From Methanobacteriota archaeon (lineage in GTDB: Archaea; Thermoplasmatota; E2; DHVEG-1), in NCBI GenBank assembly GCA_963769885.1, contig CAVYNH010000007.1:480001-544000 (forward strand): a stretch of DNA of 64,000 bases, given 5' to 3'. Numbering within the stretch: position 1 is the stretch's first letter; every line of letters begins with the position of its first letter. Below are positions 37,201 through 48,265 of this stretch, one piece after another. Under the pieces are notes generated by a model. It had not been told where the DNA came from. It did not search any database and saw only the letters and a list, made by a program, of their open reading frames with translations. The position numbers were made by a program, and so were the translations under genes.

Positions 37201-40015
37201 AGACCTCGACGGGGCGGAGGACGGCTTTGAGGATGCGGCCGGTGTAGCTGCGTTGGTTTCGTGAGACTTCTTCGGGTGTGCCTTCGGCGACGATCTCTCC
37301 GCCATGGTCGCCTCCTTCGGGGCCGAGGTCGATGATGTGGTCCGCGATTTTGATGACTTCCATGTTGTGTTCGATGATGACGACGGTGTTGCCTTTGTCG
37401 ACGAGGTGGTTGAGGACGTCGTTGAGTTTCTTGACGTCGTGGAAGTGCAGGCCTGTCGTTGGTTCGTCGAGGAGGTAGAGGGTGCGTCCGGTGTCGCGTT
37501 TGGCGAGTTCTCTGGTGAGTTTGATGCGTTGGGCTTCGCCGCCTGAGAGCGTGGTGGCGCTCTGGCCGAGTTTGATGTAGCCGAGGCCGACGTCCACGAG
37601 GGTCTGTAGTTTCTTGCGGATGGCGGGGATGTGTGTGAAGAGGTCGAGGTTTTCTTCGACGCTCATGGCGAGGACGTCGGCGATGGATTTGCCTTTGTAG
37701 GTGACTTCGAGGGTCTCTTTGTTGTAGCGTTTGCCTTTGCAGTCTTCGCATTCGACGTAGATGTCGGGGAGGAAGTTCATCTCGATTTTGATGAGGCCGT
37801 CGCCTTGGCAGGCTTCGCAGCGGCCGCCGTGGACATTGAAGGAGAAGCGGCCGGGGGTGTAGCCGCGGATCTTGGCTTCTTGGGTCTGGGCGAAGACGGA
37901 TCTGATCTCGTCGAAGATCTTAGTGTAGGTCGCGGGGTTGCTGCGGGGGGTGCGGCCGATGGGGCTTTGGTCGATGACGATGACCTTGTCGATGGGGGTG
38001 TCGCAGGTGATGGTGTCGTGTTTGCCGGGCTGGTCTTTGGATTCGTGGAGTTGGCGCATGAGGCCTTTGTAGAGGATCTCGTAGACGAGGGTGGATTTGC
38101 CGCTGCCCGAGACTCCGGTGATGACGGTGAGGAGGCCGATGGGGATGTTGATGGTGAGGTTTTTGAGGTTGTTTTCTTTGCAGCCGGTGAGGGTGATGTA
38201 GTCGTGGGGCTGACGTCGTGTTTTGGGGATGGGGATGACGAGCTTGTGGGAGAGGTATTTGCCGGTGAGTGATTTTGGGTTGCGGGCGATCTCTTCCGGT
38301 GTTCCTTTGGCGATGACGAAGCCGCCGTGGACGCCGGCGCCTGGTCCCATGTCGATGACGTAGTCTGCGCTGCGGATGGTTTCTTCGTCGTGTTCGACGA
38401 CGATGAGGGTGTTGCCTTGGTCGCGGAGTTTGTGGAGGGTGTCGATGAGTTTTTTGTTGTCCCATTGGTGCAGGCCGACGCTGGGTTCGTCGAGGATGTA
38501 GAGAACGCCCATGAGGTTGGAGCCGATTTGGGTGGCGAGGCGGATGCGTTGGGCTTCTCCGCTGGAGAGGGTCCCGGTGTTGCGGTTGAGGGTGAGGTAG
38601 TTGAGGCCGACCCGGTCGAGGAAGTAGAGGCGACTGAGGATTTCTTTGAGGATGAGTCTGGCGATGTCTTCTTCTTTTTTGGTGAGGGGGAGGTCGTTGA
38701 AGAAGTCGATGGCTTGTGTGATGCTCATGGCGGTGGTGTCGTAGATGGATTTGTCGTTGATGCGGACGGCGAGGACTTTGTCTTTGAGGCGGCGGCCTTT
38801 GCAGGCGGGGCAGGGAGAGATTCGCATGAAGCGTTCGAGTTCTTCTCTGCGGTAGGGGGATTCGGTTTGTTTGTAGAGGCGTTCGGATTGGGGGATGAGG
38901 CCTTCCCAGTGGCCTTGGTGGGACCAGTGGGATTCGCCGTTTTTCATGCTGATGTTGTACCGGATTTGGTCCTCGGATCCGTACATGAGGGCGTGGTATT
39001 GGTCGTCGGTGAGGTCTTGGATGGGGGTGAAGAGGTCGTAGCCGAAGTGTTTGGCGACGGCGCCGAGGTAGTAGTTGCGCCAGCCTTCGCGGGCGGTGCG
39101 GTAGAGTTTGATGGCGCCGTCGGCGATGCAGAGGGTTTTGTCGGGGATGATGAGGTCGGGGTCGAAGTCCATGCGGATGCCGAGGCCGTGGCAGGTTTCG
39201 CAGGCGCCGAACGGGCTGTTGAAGCTGAACATGCGGGGTTGGAGTTCTTCGAAGGCGAGGCCGCAGACGGGGCAGGCGAGTCGGCTGGAGTAGAGGTATT
39301 CTTGGTTTTTTTTGTCGAGGACGAGGAGGAGGCCGTCTGATTTTTTGAGGGCGTTTTCGCAGGCTTCGGTGAGGCGTGTGGTGTCGGTGGGGGTGAGGCG
39401 GTCGATGACGACGTCGATGTCGTGCATCTTGTAGCGTTCGAGAGGGATTTTTTCGTCGGTGCGGATGATGGTTTTGTTGACGCGGGCGCGGGTGTAGCCT
39501 TCGGTGTTGAGGTCTTTGAGGAGTTGTTCGTAGGTGCCTTTTTTCTGCCGTATGATGGGGGAGAGGATGGTGATCATGCCGGTGTGTTCGTTTTGGATGC
39601 GGGCGGCGATTTTCTCTGGGGTCTGGGCTTCGATGCGGAGGTTGTGTTCGGGGCAGTGGGGGCGTCCGATGCGGGCGTAGAGGAGTCTGAGGTAGTCGTA
39701 GATTTCGGTGATGGTGCCGACGGTGCTGCGGGGGTTTTTGCTGGTGGTTTTTTGTTCGATGGAGATTGCGGGTGAGAGGCCTTCGATGGCGTCGACGTCG
39801 GGTTTGTTCATGAGGCCGAGGAACTGGCGGGCGTACGCAGACAGTGATTCGACGTAGCGGCGTTGGCCTTCGGCGTAGATGGTGTCGAAGGCAAGCGTGG
39901 ATTTGCCGCTACCACTAAGTCCTGTGATGACGATGAATTTGTCTCTGGGGAGCTCGACGGTGATGTTTTTAAGGTTGTGTTCGCGGGCTCCTTTGATAAT
40001 GATGGCTTTTGGCAT
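37193..40015 (-). CDS. uvrA: Excinuclease ABC subunit A
   Basis: Two GxSGSGKS Walker A motifs, zinc fingers, LS(S/G)GEAQR signatures. Confidence 0.97.
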
Positions 40016-40315
40016 TGCTCCCCCTAGCCTTGAGTGCGTGTGTCTTCTCTGGGAGTGTTGGGAATTATTCGGTACTATAGAAGGCTTTCGAACACGGGTG
40101 AAAGTATTCGGTGGCTTTGTCTCAAAAGTATTCAGCCGTCCCCCGAGATCGTTTTTCTCGTCTTGAAGTGGCTTCAGGAGGAACCTTTGAGTTTTGAGAC
40201 AACGCCGTATTCGGTTCCGTGGTCGGGTATCGGGTGTACAGGAGGTGGGTACGGATTGTATAATAACACGTTAGAAGCGCAGTAGACAAAAGAGGGGGGT
40301 GAGGTGTGATGACGT

Positions 40316-40432
40316 ATGTTGATGATTGTCGGGCAAGTCTCCGGGGTTGAGGAGGCGAAGGAAATCGAGTTCATCACGAAGTCGTTCGTGGTGGCGAACC
40401 GGGTTCATGTGCTGGCTCAGAAGGCACGGTAA
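40316..40432 (+). CDS. Putative 38-aa small protein, not in the ORF track
   Basis: GAGGTG RBS; MLMIVGQVSGVEEAKEIEFITKSFVVANRVHVLAQKAR, double TAA stop and a downstream T-tract. Confidence 0.45.
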   Translation: MLMIVGQVSGVEEAKEIEFITKSFVVANRVHVLAQKAR

Positions 40433-40552
40433 TAAGTAGTTCCGTTAATCTTTTTCTTCGTCCTGCTTCGAGGACTCTGAGACTTCTTCTTTGGCGGCAC
40501 CCGTGCATTATTTATAATAGGTTTTTGATATCAGGGACTAAGGAGGAGTGTG

Positions 40553-40738
40553 ATGACGTACTTCTGGAAGAAGGACGGGGACATCTACCATTGGCATCTT
40601 GAATGTCCGTCAATCCCAATCCACGTTCGAGGCAACCCGGAGTGGGAAGTCAGCGAACAACGGCCGACGGACCGGGACATCTGCCTGCAATGCCGGGAGA
40701 AGGATCTCGCGACGCGATTGAAAAAGGGGTCGCATTAA
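40553..40738 (+). CDS. Small putative zinc-binding protein
   Basis: AGGAG RBS, TTTATAA box; YH...ECP and C..C ligands. Confidence 0.65.
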   Translation: MTYFWKKDGDIYHWHLECPSIPIHVRGNPEWEVSEQRPTDRDICLQCREKDLATRLKKGSH

Positions 40739-42315
40739 GCGGTCTTCCCCCTACTTCTCTTATCTCCGATGAGGAGTCGTTTCAGCTGTTTCTTCGTCTT
40801 ATAATCGCAGACCACAGGGATTGATTCATTGGTGAATGGATTTCGCTTCGTCCAGTACATGCAGGTCGAGGGCGTCATCGGGGTCGGCGTGAAGAGCTGG
40901 AACTGCTCGACGTTCGTGAGGTTCTTCGCCTTGATCTGGTCCCGCAGTCGCGTCGTCTCCTTGATGGTGTCGCCGGGGTGGCCGATCATGAAGTAGTAGC
41001 GGAGCGCCTGGCGTCCGCCGGGGTTCCGTTTCTCGAATTCTCTGATGAACTGGCCGAGGCCTTTCACGTCCTTGTTCATCAGTCGCAGGACCTGGGGTGA
41101 GAGGTGCTCCGGGGCGATCTTCAGGCAGCCAGAGACATGGTACTGACACAACTCGGTGAGGTACTCGGGGCTTTTAACGGCGAGGTCGTAGCGGATGCCG
41201 CTGCGGACGAAGATCTTCTTGACGCCGGGGATCGCCCGGGCTTTTTGGAGCAGGGAGAGCAGGCGGCTGTGGCTGCAGTCCAGGGTCTTGCAGGAGAGGC
41301 AGATCTTTTGGCAGGCGTCGGCGTCGGGGCAGTCCATGCCGTACATGTTCGCGGACGGGCCGCCGAGGTCGTCGATGTAGCCTTTGAACTGGGGATGCTT
41401 CGTCAACCTTCGGATTTCCTGCAGGATGTTGTCTTCGGAGCGGGAGACGATCCGGTCTCCCTGGTGCAGGGCGAGGGAGCAGAAGTTGCAGCAGCCGATG
41501 CAGCCGCGGTGGGTGACGACCGAGAACTGCGCCATCTTCAGCAGCGACCGGGGATGCATCCGTCGGGTGAAGGGCAGCGAGTAGATCTCGTCCAGATCCT
41601 TGGTCGTGTACCTCGGCGCCTTGTACTGGAGGAGGTAATTGTTGGTGTAGGGCTGGGCGAGGTTGCGGTTGTTGGAGAACAGCCGTTGCATCTCGCAGAA
41701 CTTGAGTGGGTCGGCGACGACCTCGTCGAAGGAAGGCATCACGGTAAAGCCCTCGGGGAGTGTCTTGCTGATGATACAGGTGCCGGGGATGCCCGTCAAT
41801 GGCTTCTTCTCGGCGAGCCGCAGGGCGATCTCGAGGATCTGTTTCTCACCGTTGCCGTAGACGAGGATGCTTGCTCGGGAGTCGAAGAGGATACTGCGGC
41901 GGAGTCGGTTCTCCCAGTAGTCGTAGTGGGCGAACCGTCGGAGTGAGGCCTCGATGCCGCCGATGACCAACGGGACGTCCTTGAATAGTTTTTTGAGTTC
42001 CTGGCAGTAGACGATGACGGTGCGGTCCGGCATGGATGATGGTTTGGCGTATTGGTCTTGGCTGCGGTGGTGTTTCATCGGCGTGTAGTTGTTCAGCATG
42101 CTGTCGATGGACCCGGAGGTGATTCCGAAGCAGAGCCGAGGGACTCCAAGCCTGGAGAAATCCTTCACTGCGGTGGGCTTCTCGATGACCCCGACCCGAT
42201 ACCCTTTCGAGTCCAGGACCCGGGCGATGATGCCCACCGGTGAGAGCGGATGATCATCGTAGTACTCCCCACTCACCAGGATGATATCGAACCCTGAGCC
42301 TTCCTTTGAAATCAT
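40735..42315 (-). CDS. YgiQ-family radical SAM protein
   Basis: DSM.NNYT, GGIEASLRR..HYDYW, HRGC.G.CNFC, DLGGPSANMY, SGIRYDL and APEH motifs. Confidence 0.92.
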   Translation of the reverse strand: MISKEGSGFDIILVSGEYYDDHPLSPVGIIARVLDSKGYRVGVIEKPTAVKDFSRLGVPRLCFGITSGSIDSMLNNYTPMKHHRSQDQYAKPSSMPDRTVIVYCQELKKLFKDVPLVIGGIEASLRRFAHYDYWENRLRRSILFDSRASILVYGNGEKQILEIALRLAEKKPLTGIPGTCIISKTLPEGFTVMPSFDEVVADPLKFCEMQRLFSNNRNLAQPYTNNYLLQYKAPRYTTKDLDEIYSLPFTRRMHPRSLLKMAQFSVVTHRGCIGCCNFCSLALHQGDRIVSRSEDNILQEIRRLTKHPQFKGYIDDLGGPSANMYGMDCPDADACQKICLSCKTLDCSHSRLLSLLQKARAIPGVKKIFVRSGIRYDLAVKSPEYLTELCQYHVSGCLKIAPEHLSPQVLRLMNKDVKGLGQFIREFEKRNPGGRQALRYYFMIGHPGDTIKETTRLRDQIKAKNLTNVEQFQLFTPTPMTPSTCMYWTKRNPFTNESIPVVCDYKTKKQLKRLLIGDKRSRGKTA

Positions 42316-42351
42316 GCGATGAGTCTCTTTAAACAGTGGGGATATTTAAAC

Positions 42352-42371
42352 TATTCAACCATAGTTGAATA
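42352..42371. promoter_or_regulatory. Palindromic operator-like site beside the TATA box of the YgiQ-like gene
   Basis: TATTCAAC-CATA-GTTGAATA, adjacent to TTTAAATA on the minus strand (42343-42350). Confidence 0.5.
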
Positions 42372-42478
42372 TTAGAAGTATTTTTTAACTCAAGTATCGG
42401 CTCTGGAGGTGTTCATCAAAGGGGTTTAGTTGCAGGCCTGGTTAAAGCATATGAATCATTGTTTTGGCTCTTGCAATT

Positions 42479-44044
42479 CTAATGCGAGAAAAGTGTGTGG
42501 AGCAGCGGGAATGCATTTGGGAATCGGTTGAGGAGCCAGTTAATGAGAGGGAACCTTGGCGGTTCGTAGGGCATCTTCACAGTGAGGGTACCCCAGTCGC
42601 TTTCCCTGTCGTGTTCATCTCGAGCTTTAACCTTGACGATGTACGAGCCTCGTTTCAGCCAGAGGTGGGATTGGGTGATGGTGTGTCCTGAGGGTGTGGG
42701 AGTAGTCCAGTTGGTGGTTTTTCCGTCGCCCCAGTCGATGTAATAAGAGAGGGTGTCGTTGTCTGGGTCGCTGGATACAATGGAATAGTGGTAGGTTCTG
42801 CGGGCATGGCCGGTTTGGTTCCCGGTGATTGACGGGGTGGTTGGTTGGGTGTCGTTCATTGAGCCGAGTGCGAAAAGGTATGAGTAGTCAGGGGTTGATC
42901 CCAATCCTGCATAGTCTCCAGAGATATAGATGGTTCCATCGTCAGCGATGACAGCGGATGATTGTAACCCGTCGTCTGCTGCAGTGAATATCCAGCGAAG
43001 GGTGCCATTTTTGTTGAGAGCGTAGAGATTATTATCTCTTGAGCTGCAATAGATGGTTCCTTTGGAGTCGATTGCGGGTGATGAATAGATATCATGTCCG
43101 GTTTTGTAGAACCAGTTGATGGTCCCGTTGGGCGCGATGCTGTAGAGTCGGTGGTTATCTTGGTCGCCGACGTAGATGGTGCCGTCGTCTGCGATTGCTG
43201 GGGTCGATCCTCCGATCCATCCTGTCGAGACTTTCCATTTCAGGGTCCCGTTCGGTGCGAGCGCATAGAGGTATCCTTCGGTTCCCCCGGCGTAGATCGT
43301 CCCGTCGTCGGCGATGGAACAGGTTGCGACCCCTTTTGGTCCGCCTCCATAATAGGACCATTTTTTAGTGCCGTTTGGGTAAAGTGCGTAGAGATTGCCG
43401 TCGTTTGAGCCGATGTAAATGGTTCCGTCGTCGCCGATGGCGGGGCTGCAGTAGATATCGAATTGTGCGTAGAAGTACCATTTTATTGTCCCATTAGGGG
43501 TGACTGCGGCGAGCCTGTGGCTGTCGGTTACGGCGCAGTAGATGGTGCCGTTGTTGTCGATGGCAGGAGATGAATAGGCCCATCCGCTTCCTAGGGAGAT
43601 CCACCAGTGTATCGTGCCGTTCGGATAGATGGCGTAGAGCCGTCCCGCATCTGTTCCGATATAGATGGTTCCGTTCTTTGCTATGGCTGGTGATGAAGAA
43701 GTGGAGCCGATGTTCAGTCGCCATTTCATAGTTCCATTAGAATCCAATGCGTAGAAGTAGTCTTCGATGCCTGATGCTACATATACAGTTCCGTTTTTGT
43801 CGATTGCAGGGCTGGAACGTATCATCCCTCCGTTTATCTTGAACTTCCATTTTTCGACGCGCCAGTTCCCGGTTGGTGCGTATGGGCTTCTGCCGGTATG
43901 CCTGGTGTCGTGGCAGTACATTGGCCATGCGGAATCCAAAAGACCACCCGATCGGACTTCACCCTTTGCTGGCGCGATAGGTAAAACAGATGGAAGAATG
44001 AGCAGAGACGTTACAAGAACCAATAGTGTTCCATGATGCAACAA
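42479..44044 (-). CDS. Secreted PQQ-repeat beta-propeller plus PKD plus amphipathic C-terminal tail
   Basis: WPMYCHD.RHTGRS; about eight SSPAI..DGTIY.G...LYAL..NGT.KW blades; YYIDWGDG. Confidence 0.88.
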   Translation of the reverse strand: MLHHGTLLVLVTSLLILPSVLPIAPAKGEVRSGGLLDSAWPMYCHDTRHTGRSPYAPTGNWRVEKWKFKINGGMIRSSPAIDKNGTVYVASGIEDYFYALDSNGTMKWRLNIGSTSSSPAIAKNGTIYIGTDAGRLYAIYPNGTIHWWISLGSGWAYSSPAIDNNGTIYCAVTDSHRLAAVTPNGTIKWYFYAQFDIYCSPAIGDDGTIYIGSNDGNLYALYPNGTKKWSYYGGGPKGVATCSIADDGTIYAGGTEGYLYALAPNGTLKWKVSTGWIGGSTPAIADDGTIYVGDQDNHRLYSIAPNGTINWFYKTGHDIYSSPAIDSKGTIYCSSRDNNLYALNKNGTLRWIFTAADDGLQSSAVIADDGTIYISGDYAGLGSTPDYSYLFALGSMNDTQPTTPSITGNQTGHARRTYHYSIVSSDPDNDTLSYYIDWGDGKTTNWTTPTPSGHTITQSHLWLKRGSYIVKVKARDEHDRESDWGTLTVKMPYEPPRFPLINWLLNRFPNAFPLLHTLFSH

Positions 44045-44355
44045 GGTACTTTCCCCAGTAATTGAATCATCCCTTGGATTTATTAAACTGTCTCCGGAGG
44101 TTTAAATCGTATTCCCATTTCCTCGAACAATCCCATTGGGCAAAATAATTAGAATGACGTCTGTTCCCATATTTAAAAGTACACCAGGTTATACCTTATT
44201 CTCTTTGTTTCGTAACATCAGATACAATGAAGATAACCTGCGACCAAGGTATGAAGGATGCAGAAAATGAGATGAATCAAAAAAAATCCAACACCGTCAA
44301 TACTCAACCTCAAGTGAATAAAACTATTTAAATCACCCGTCAGTGCAGGATACCA

Positions 44356-45156
44356 ATGACCGACCTCCTCCTAACCAACGACGACGGTTACCAATCCGCC
44401 GGCTACCTTCCGCTCCTCCGCGAACTCAGCAAACACTTCACCGTCACCGCCGTCGCCCCGGACCGTGAGAAAAGCTGGATCGGCAAGGCCGTCACCACCC
44501 GCAAACAACTCCCGGTCACCATCGTCAAAAAAGACGACTACGAAGTCTTCACCCTCGACGCCACCCCAGCCGACTGCGTCCAGATCGGCATGTACAACAT
44601 CCTCCCCCACAAACCAGACATAGTAGTCTCAGGCATCAACCTCGGCGAAAACGCAGGCACCGCCCGCATCCTCAGCTCAGGCACCATCGGCGCCGCCATG
44701 GAGGCCGCCTTCGAAGGCATCCGCGCCATCGCCAGCTCCTACAGCATCCCCCTCCCCATCAAAAAATCCACGAACCTCTACACCCCAGACGCCTACCCCC
44801 TCTTCCACCACGCCGCCCAAATCACCACACAACTCACCCTCGCCTTCAAAGACATGCCACCCACCCCCGGCGCCGACGTCCTCAGCATCTCCATCCCCTA
44901 CAACGCCACACCCCAAACCGACGTCGTCATCACCCACCCCTTCACCGACCCCTACAACCAACTCTTCCACACCACGCCACTCGGCTACCTCCACCGCACC
45001 CCACCCCTCGCCTTCGACGACCCCAAAGACGGCACCGACCTCAAAGCACTCCACGAAAACAAAATCAGCATCAGCCCCCTCGACCTCAGCCTCACCAACC
45101 CCAAAGCCATCCACGCCACCGACGTCTGGCTCAACAAACACTGGAAACACCCATGA
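44356..45156 (+). CDS. surE: 5'/3'-nucleotidase SurE
   Basis: LLTNDDG, TPADCV, VVSGINLG.N and SGT.GAA.EA motifs. Confidence 0.92.
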   Translation: MTDLLLTNDDGYQSAGYLPLLRELSKHFTVTAVAPDREKSWIGKAVTTRKQLPVTIVKKDDYEVFTLDATPADCVQIGMYNILPHKPDIVVSGINLGENAGTARILSSGTIGAAMEAAFEGIRAIASSYSIPLPIKKSTNLYTPDAYPLFHHAAQITTQLTLAFKDMPPTPGADVLSISIPYNATPQTDVVITHPFTDPYNQLFHTTPLGYLHRTPPLAFDDPKDGTDLKALHENKISISPLDLSLTNPKAIHATDVWLNKHWKHP

Positions 45157-46070
45157 CCCAAACCCCCATTCTCATCATCATCCGCTACGGCGAAATCAGC
45201 CTCAAAACACCCTACGTCAGAACATCGTTCGAACACCGCCTCATCACCAACATCCACCACGCCCTCCAAACGCATAATCTCACCGCCCGCATCACCAAAG
45301 AACCAGGCCGCATCTACCTCCACACCACCCCCACTCCCCAAATCCACACCATCCTCGCCCACATCAGCGGCATCGTCTCCTACAGCCCCGCGCACCAAAC
45401 CACCGCCGACCTCCCCACACTCACAGAAACCGTCCTCACCCTCACCCAGCCGCTCCTCACCCCCCAGACCAGCTTCGCCCTCCGCGTCACCCGCACCGGC
45501 AGCCACCCCTACACCAGCCAGGACGCCGCCCGCACCATCGGCGCCGCCATCCAAGAAGCCACCCACGCCCCCGTCGACCTCACCCACCCCGCCCACGAAC
45601 TCCACATCGACATCCGCGGAAACAGGGCGTACCTCTTCACCACCAAACACCCAGGAATCGGCGGCCTCCCCGTCGGCACCCAAGGCACCGCCGCCGCCCT
45701 CCTCGACACCCCCGCCAGCCTCCTCGCCGCCTGGTACCTCATGCACCGCGGCTGCGCCCTCCACCTCATCACCACCCACTCCACCGAAGAGACACCGCTC
45801 TACGCCTTTCTCAACGATTGGTACCTCACCAGCCCCGTCACCAGCCTCGACCAGACCGCCCCCGACTTCTACGACAAACTACGGACGCTCACCGCTACTC
45901 ATCATATTGATGCCCTCGTCACCGGCGCTACCCGCGACGACCTCGCCCAGACCATAGAGTGGCTTTCGACCCTCAAAGCCGAGGTCCGCCTCCCGCTCCT
46001 CACCCCCCTCATCGCCCTCACCACGGACGAGGCATGCATCCAAGCTACCGAAAAGGGGGTACGCCTCTGA
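45153..46070 (+). CDS. THUMP-domain ThiI-like protein lacking the PP-loop
   Basis: IIRYGEISLK, SFA.R..R.G.H, VDL..P and G.GGLPVGTQG; the expected SGG.DS is absent. Confidence 0.75.
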   Translation: MTQTPILIIIRYGEISLKTPYVRTSFEHRLITNIHHALQTHNLTARITKEPGRIYLHTTPTPQIHTILAHISGIVSYSPAHQTTADLPTLTETVLTLTQPLLTPQTSFALRVTRTGSHPYTSQDAARTIGAAIQEATHAPVDLTHPAHELHIDIRGNRAYLFTTKHPGIGGLPVGTQGTAAALLDTPASLLAAWYLMHRGCALHLITTHSTEETPLYAFLNDWYLTSPVTSLDQTAPDFYDKLRTLTATHHIDALVTGATRDDLAQTIEWLSTLKAEVRLPLLTPLIALTTDEACIQATEKGVRL

Positions 46071-46972
46071 AAATCACGATCTTCGGCGCCGGCGCCATCG
46101 GCTCCCTCCTCGGCGCCCACCTCTGCCGCCACCACGATGTCACCCTCATCGGCCGCCCCCCACACATCACCGCCATCCAAGACAAAGGCCTGACACTGAC
46201 CGGCAAGACCGCCTGCACCGTCCGCATCCGCGCCCTGACCACCCTCCCCACCGAGACTCCAGACTTGATCATCCTCACCGTCAAGGCCTACGACACCAAA
46301 GCCGCCGCCCAGCAGATCAAGAAAATCCTGACCCCTTCCACCACTGTCCTGACACTGCAGAACGGCCTAGGAAACATCGAAGCATTAGAGAAAGCAATCC
46401 CCCGGGCTCAGCTGCTCGCCGGCGTCCTCACCCACGGAGCCCTCATCGCCGAACCCGGTACCGTCATGCATACCGGGAGAGGAATCCTGGTTATTGGAGA
46501 GCTTGACGGAACACGCACAAGACGATTACAGGATATCGCTGCCGTATTCACCGCCAGCGGACTGCCCGCGACCATCACCCGGGACATCACTACGGACATC
46601 TGGATCAAGACCATCGTCAACTCCAGCATCAACCCCCTCACCGCCTTCTTCGCCTGCCCCAACGGCTACCTCCACGCCAACCCCATCCTCCGCCGCGTCG
46701 TCGACCAAATCTGCGCCGAGTCCACCGCAATCGCGAAGGCAGCCGGAATCAAGGTAACGAAAGAAACCATGATTGCCGCCACCGCCGGAGTCATCCGTGC
46801 CACCTCCCAGAACTCCTCCTCGATGCTCCAGAGCCTCCAACGCGGAAAACCGACCGAGATTGAGGCCCTCAACGGCGCCCTCACCAGGATGGGAGACCGC
46901 TGCCATGCGGATGCCAGCCTCAACCGACTCCTCACCCAGCTCATCCACTGGAAAGAACACCAGCAGACCTAG
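46067..46972 (+). CDS. panE: 2-dehydropantoate 2-reductase
   Basis: KITIFGAGAIG, VKAYD, LQNG, W.K..VN..INP and SSMLQ...TEI motifs; apparent CTG start overlapping the upstream TGA. Confidence 0.9.
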   Translation: MKITIFGAGAIGSLLGAHLCRHHDVTLIGRPPHITAIQDKGLTLTGKTACTVRIRALTTLPTETPDLIILTVKAYDTKAAAQQIKKILTPSTTVLTLQNGLGNIEALEKAIPRAQLLAGVLTHGALIAEPGTVMHTGRGILVIGELDGTRTRRLQDIAAVFTASGLPATITRDITTDIWIKTIVNSSINPLTAFFACPNGYLHANPILRRVVDQICAESTAIAKAAGIKVTKETMIAATAGVIRATSQNSSSMLQSLQRGKPTEIEALNGALTRMGDRCHADASLNRLLTQLIHWKEHQQT

Positions 46973-46979
46973 AAAAGAA

Positions 46980-48265
46980 TTACAGCTTTAACTTGTCGTT
47001 CAAGTAATAGTTCCGCAGCATCACGCTGCCGAAGAACTTGCGGAACATCCCCATCGGATGCAGCACGCTCTCCCGCGTCGCCCGCTCCACGATCGCTCGA
47101 TACGAGAAATACGCGGTCGCCATCGACCGCAACCCCGCCCGGAACTCCTGCTCCGACATGTTCTCAAGCCTGAAATTCAGCTTCCCCTCATCGTACCGCG
47201 ACCAGTCCCGCGACACAATCCGCCCCTCCTTCTCCAGCCGCGTAAACAACCGCGTCCCCGGATACGGCGTCACGATACTCAACGAAATCTCATCCAACTC
47301 CCACTCCTGGATCGCCTTCAGCGTTTTCGTAAAACTCTCCGGCGTATCATGATCAAAGCCGAACATGAAAAACCCGGTCACCATCATCCCATGGTCCTTG
47401 ATCCGCCGGATCGCCTCCCCATACTCCTCCACCTTGTTCGTATACTTCCCAGCCTGGTTAATATTCTCCTGCGTGATCGACTCGATCCCCACATACCACA
47501 TGGAGACCCCCGCCTCACGCGCCAGCCGCAGAAACTCCTCATCCCGCGACAACACATTCATGTTCCCAAAACACTCAAACGACTTGTTCACCTGCCGCAT
47601 CTCAGTAAATAACTTCTTTGAATACGACGGATTAATCGTCAACGACGCATCAGAGAAGAAAATCGACTTCGCCCTGATCTCCTTCATCTCCTCGATCAGA
47701 TGATCCACCGGGCGGCCCCGGAACCGCGGCCCCTCCACCACCTGCATCGCACAGAACTCACAGCCCGTCGGACACCCCCGCGACGCCTGCATCGCCTCCG
47801 TGAACGGATGATACACCCCGATGTCATGCCGCGCCGCCGGAATCTCCGCCGGCTCCACCAACCGTGGCGCCCGATAAAACGGCTTCAACTCCCTCTTCGC
47901 GATATCCGCAAGCACAACCGGCCACGTCAACTCCGCCTCACCGATCACCACCGCGTCCGCATGCTGCTTCACCTCCTCAGGCAGAAGCGATGCATGATAC
48001 CCCCCAAAAACCACAACCGCACCCTGCCGGCGGAACCGCTCCGCCACCTCGTACCCACGGATCGAATTATACGTCAAACACGAAATCCCGACCACATCAT
48101 AGTGCGGCCGGAAATCAATATCCTCAAACCGCTCATCCACAATCGTCACCTCATGCTCCGCAGGCGTGATCGCCGCGATCTGCTGCAACGAAAGGGAAGG
48201 ATACGTCAGCCGGGCGAAAAAACCGCGAGGACAGAGCCATGAGGCGACACAAGCAAGATCTTCAT
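46980..48265 (-). CDS. B12-binding-domain radical SAM protein, frameshifted near its 5' end
   Basis: GG.HAS, GEAE and SRGCPTGCEFC motifs. The natural start MKILLVSP at 48265 is out of frame by one base (span 1286 = 3n+2); A6 run at 48217-48222. Confidence 0.8.

Noticed and set aside
42348-42375. Possible Xer/dif site
   Set aside because: The inner arm ends are CAA/TTG rather than the TAA/TTA typical of dif, and the position next to a TATA box fits an operator better.
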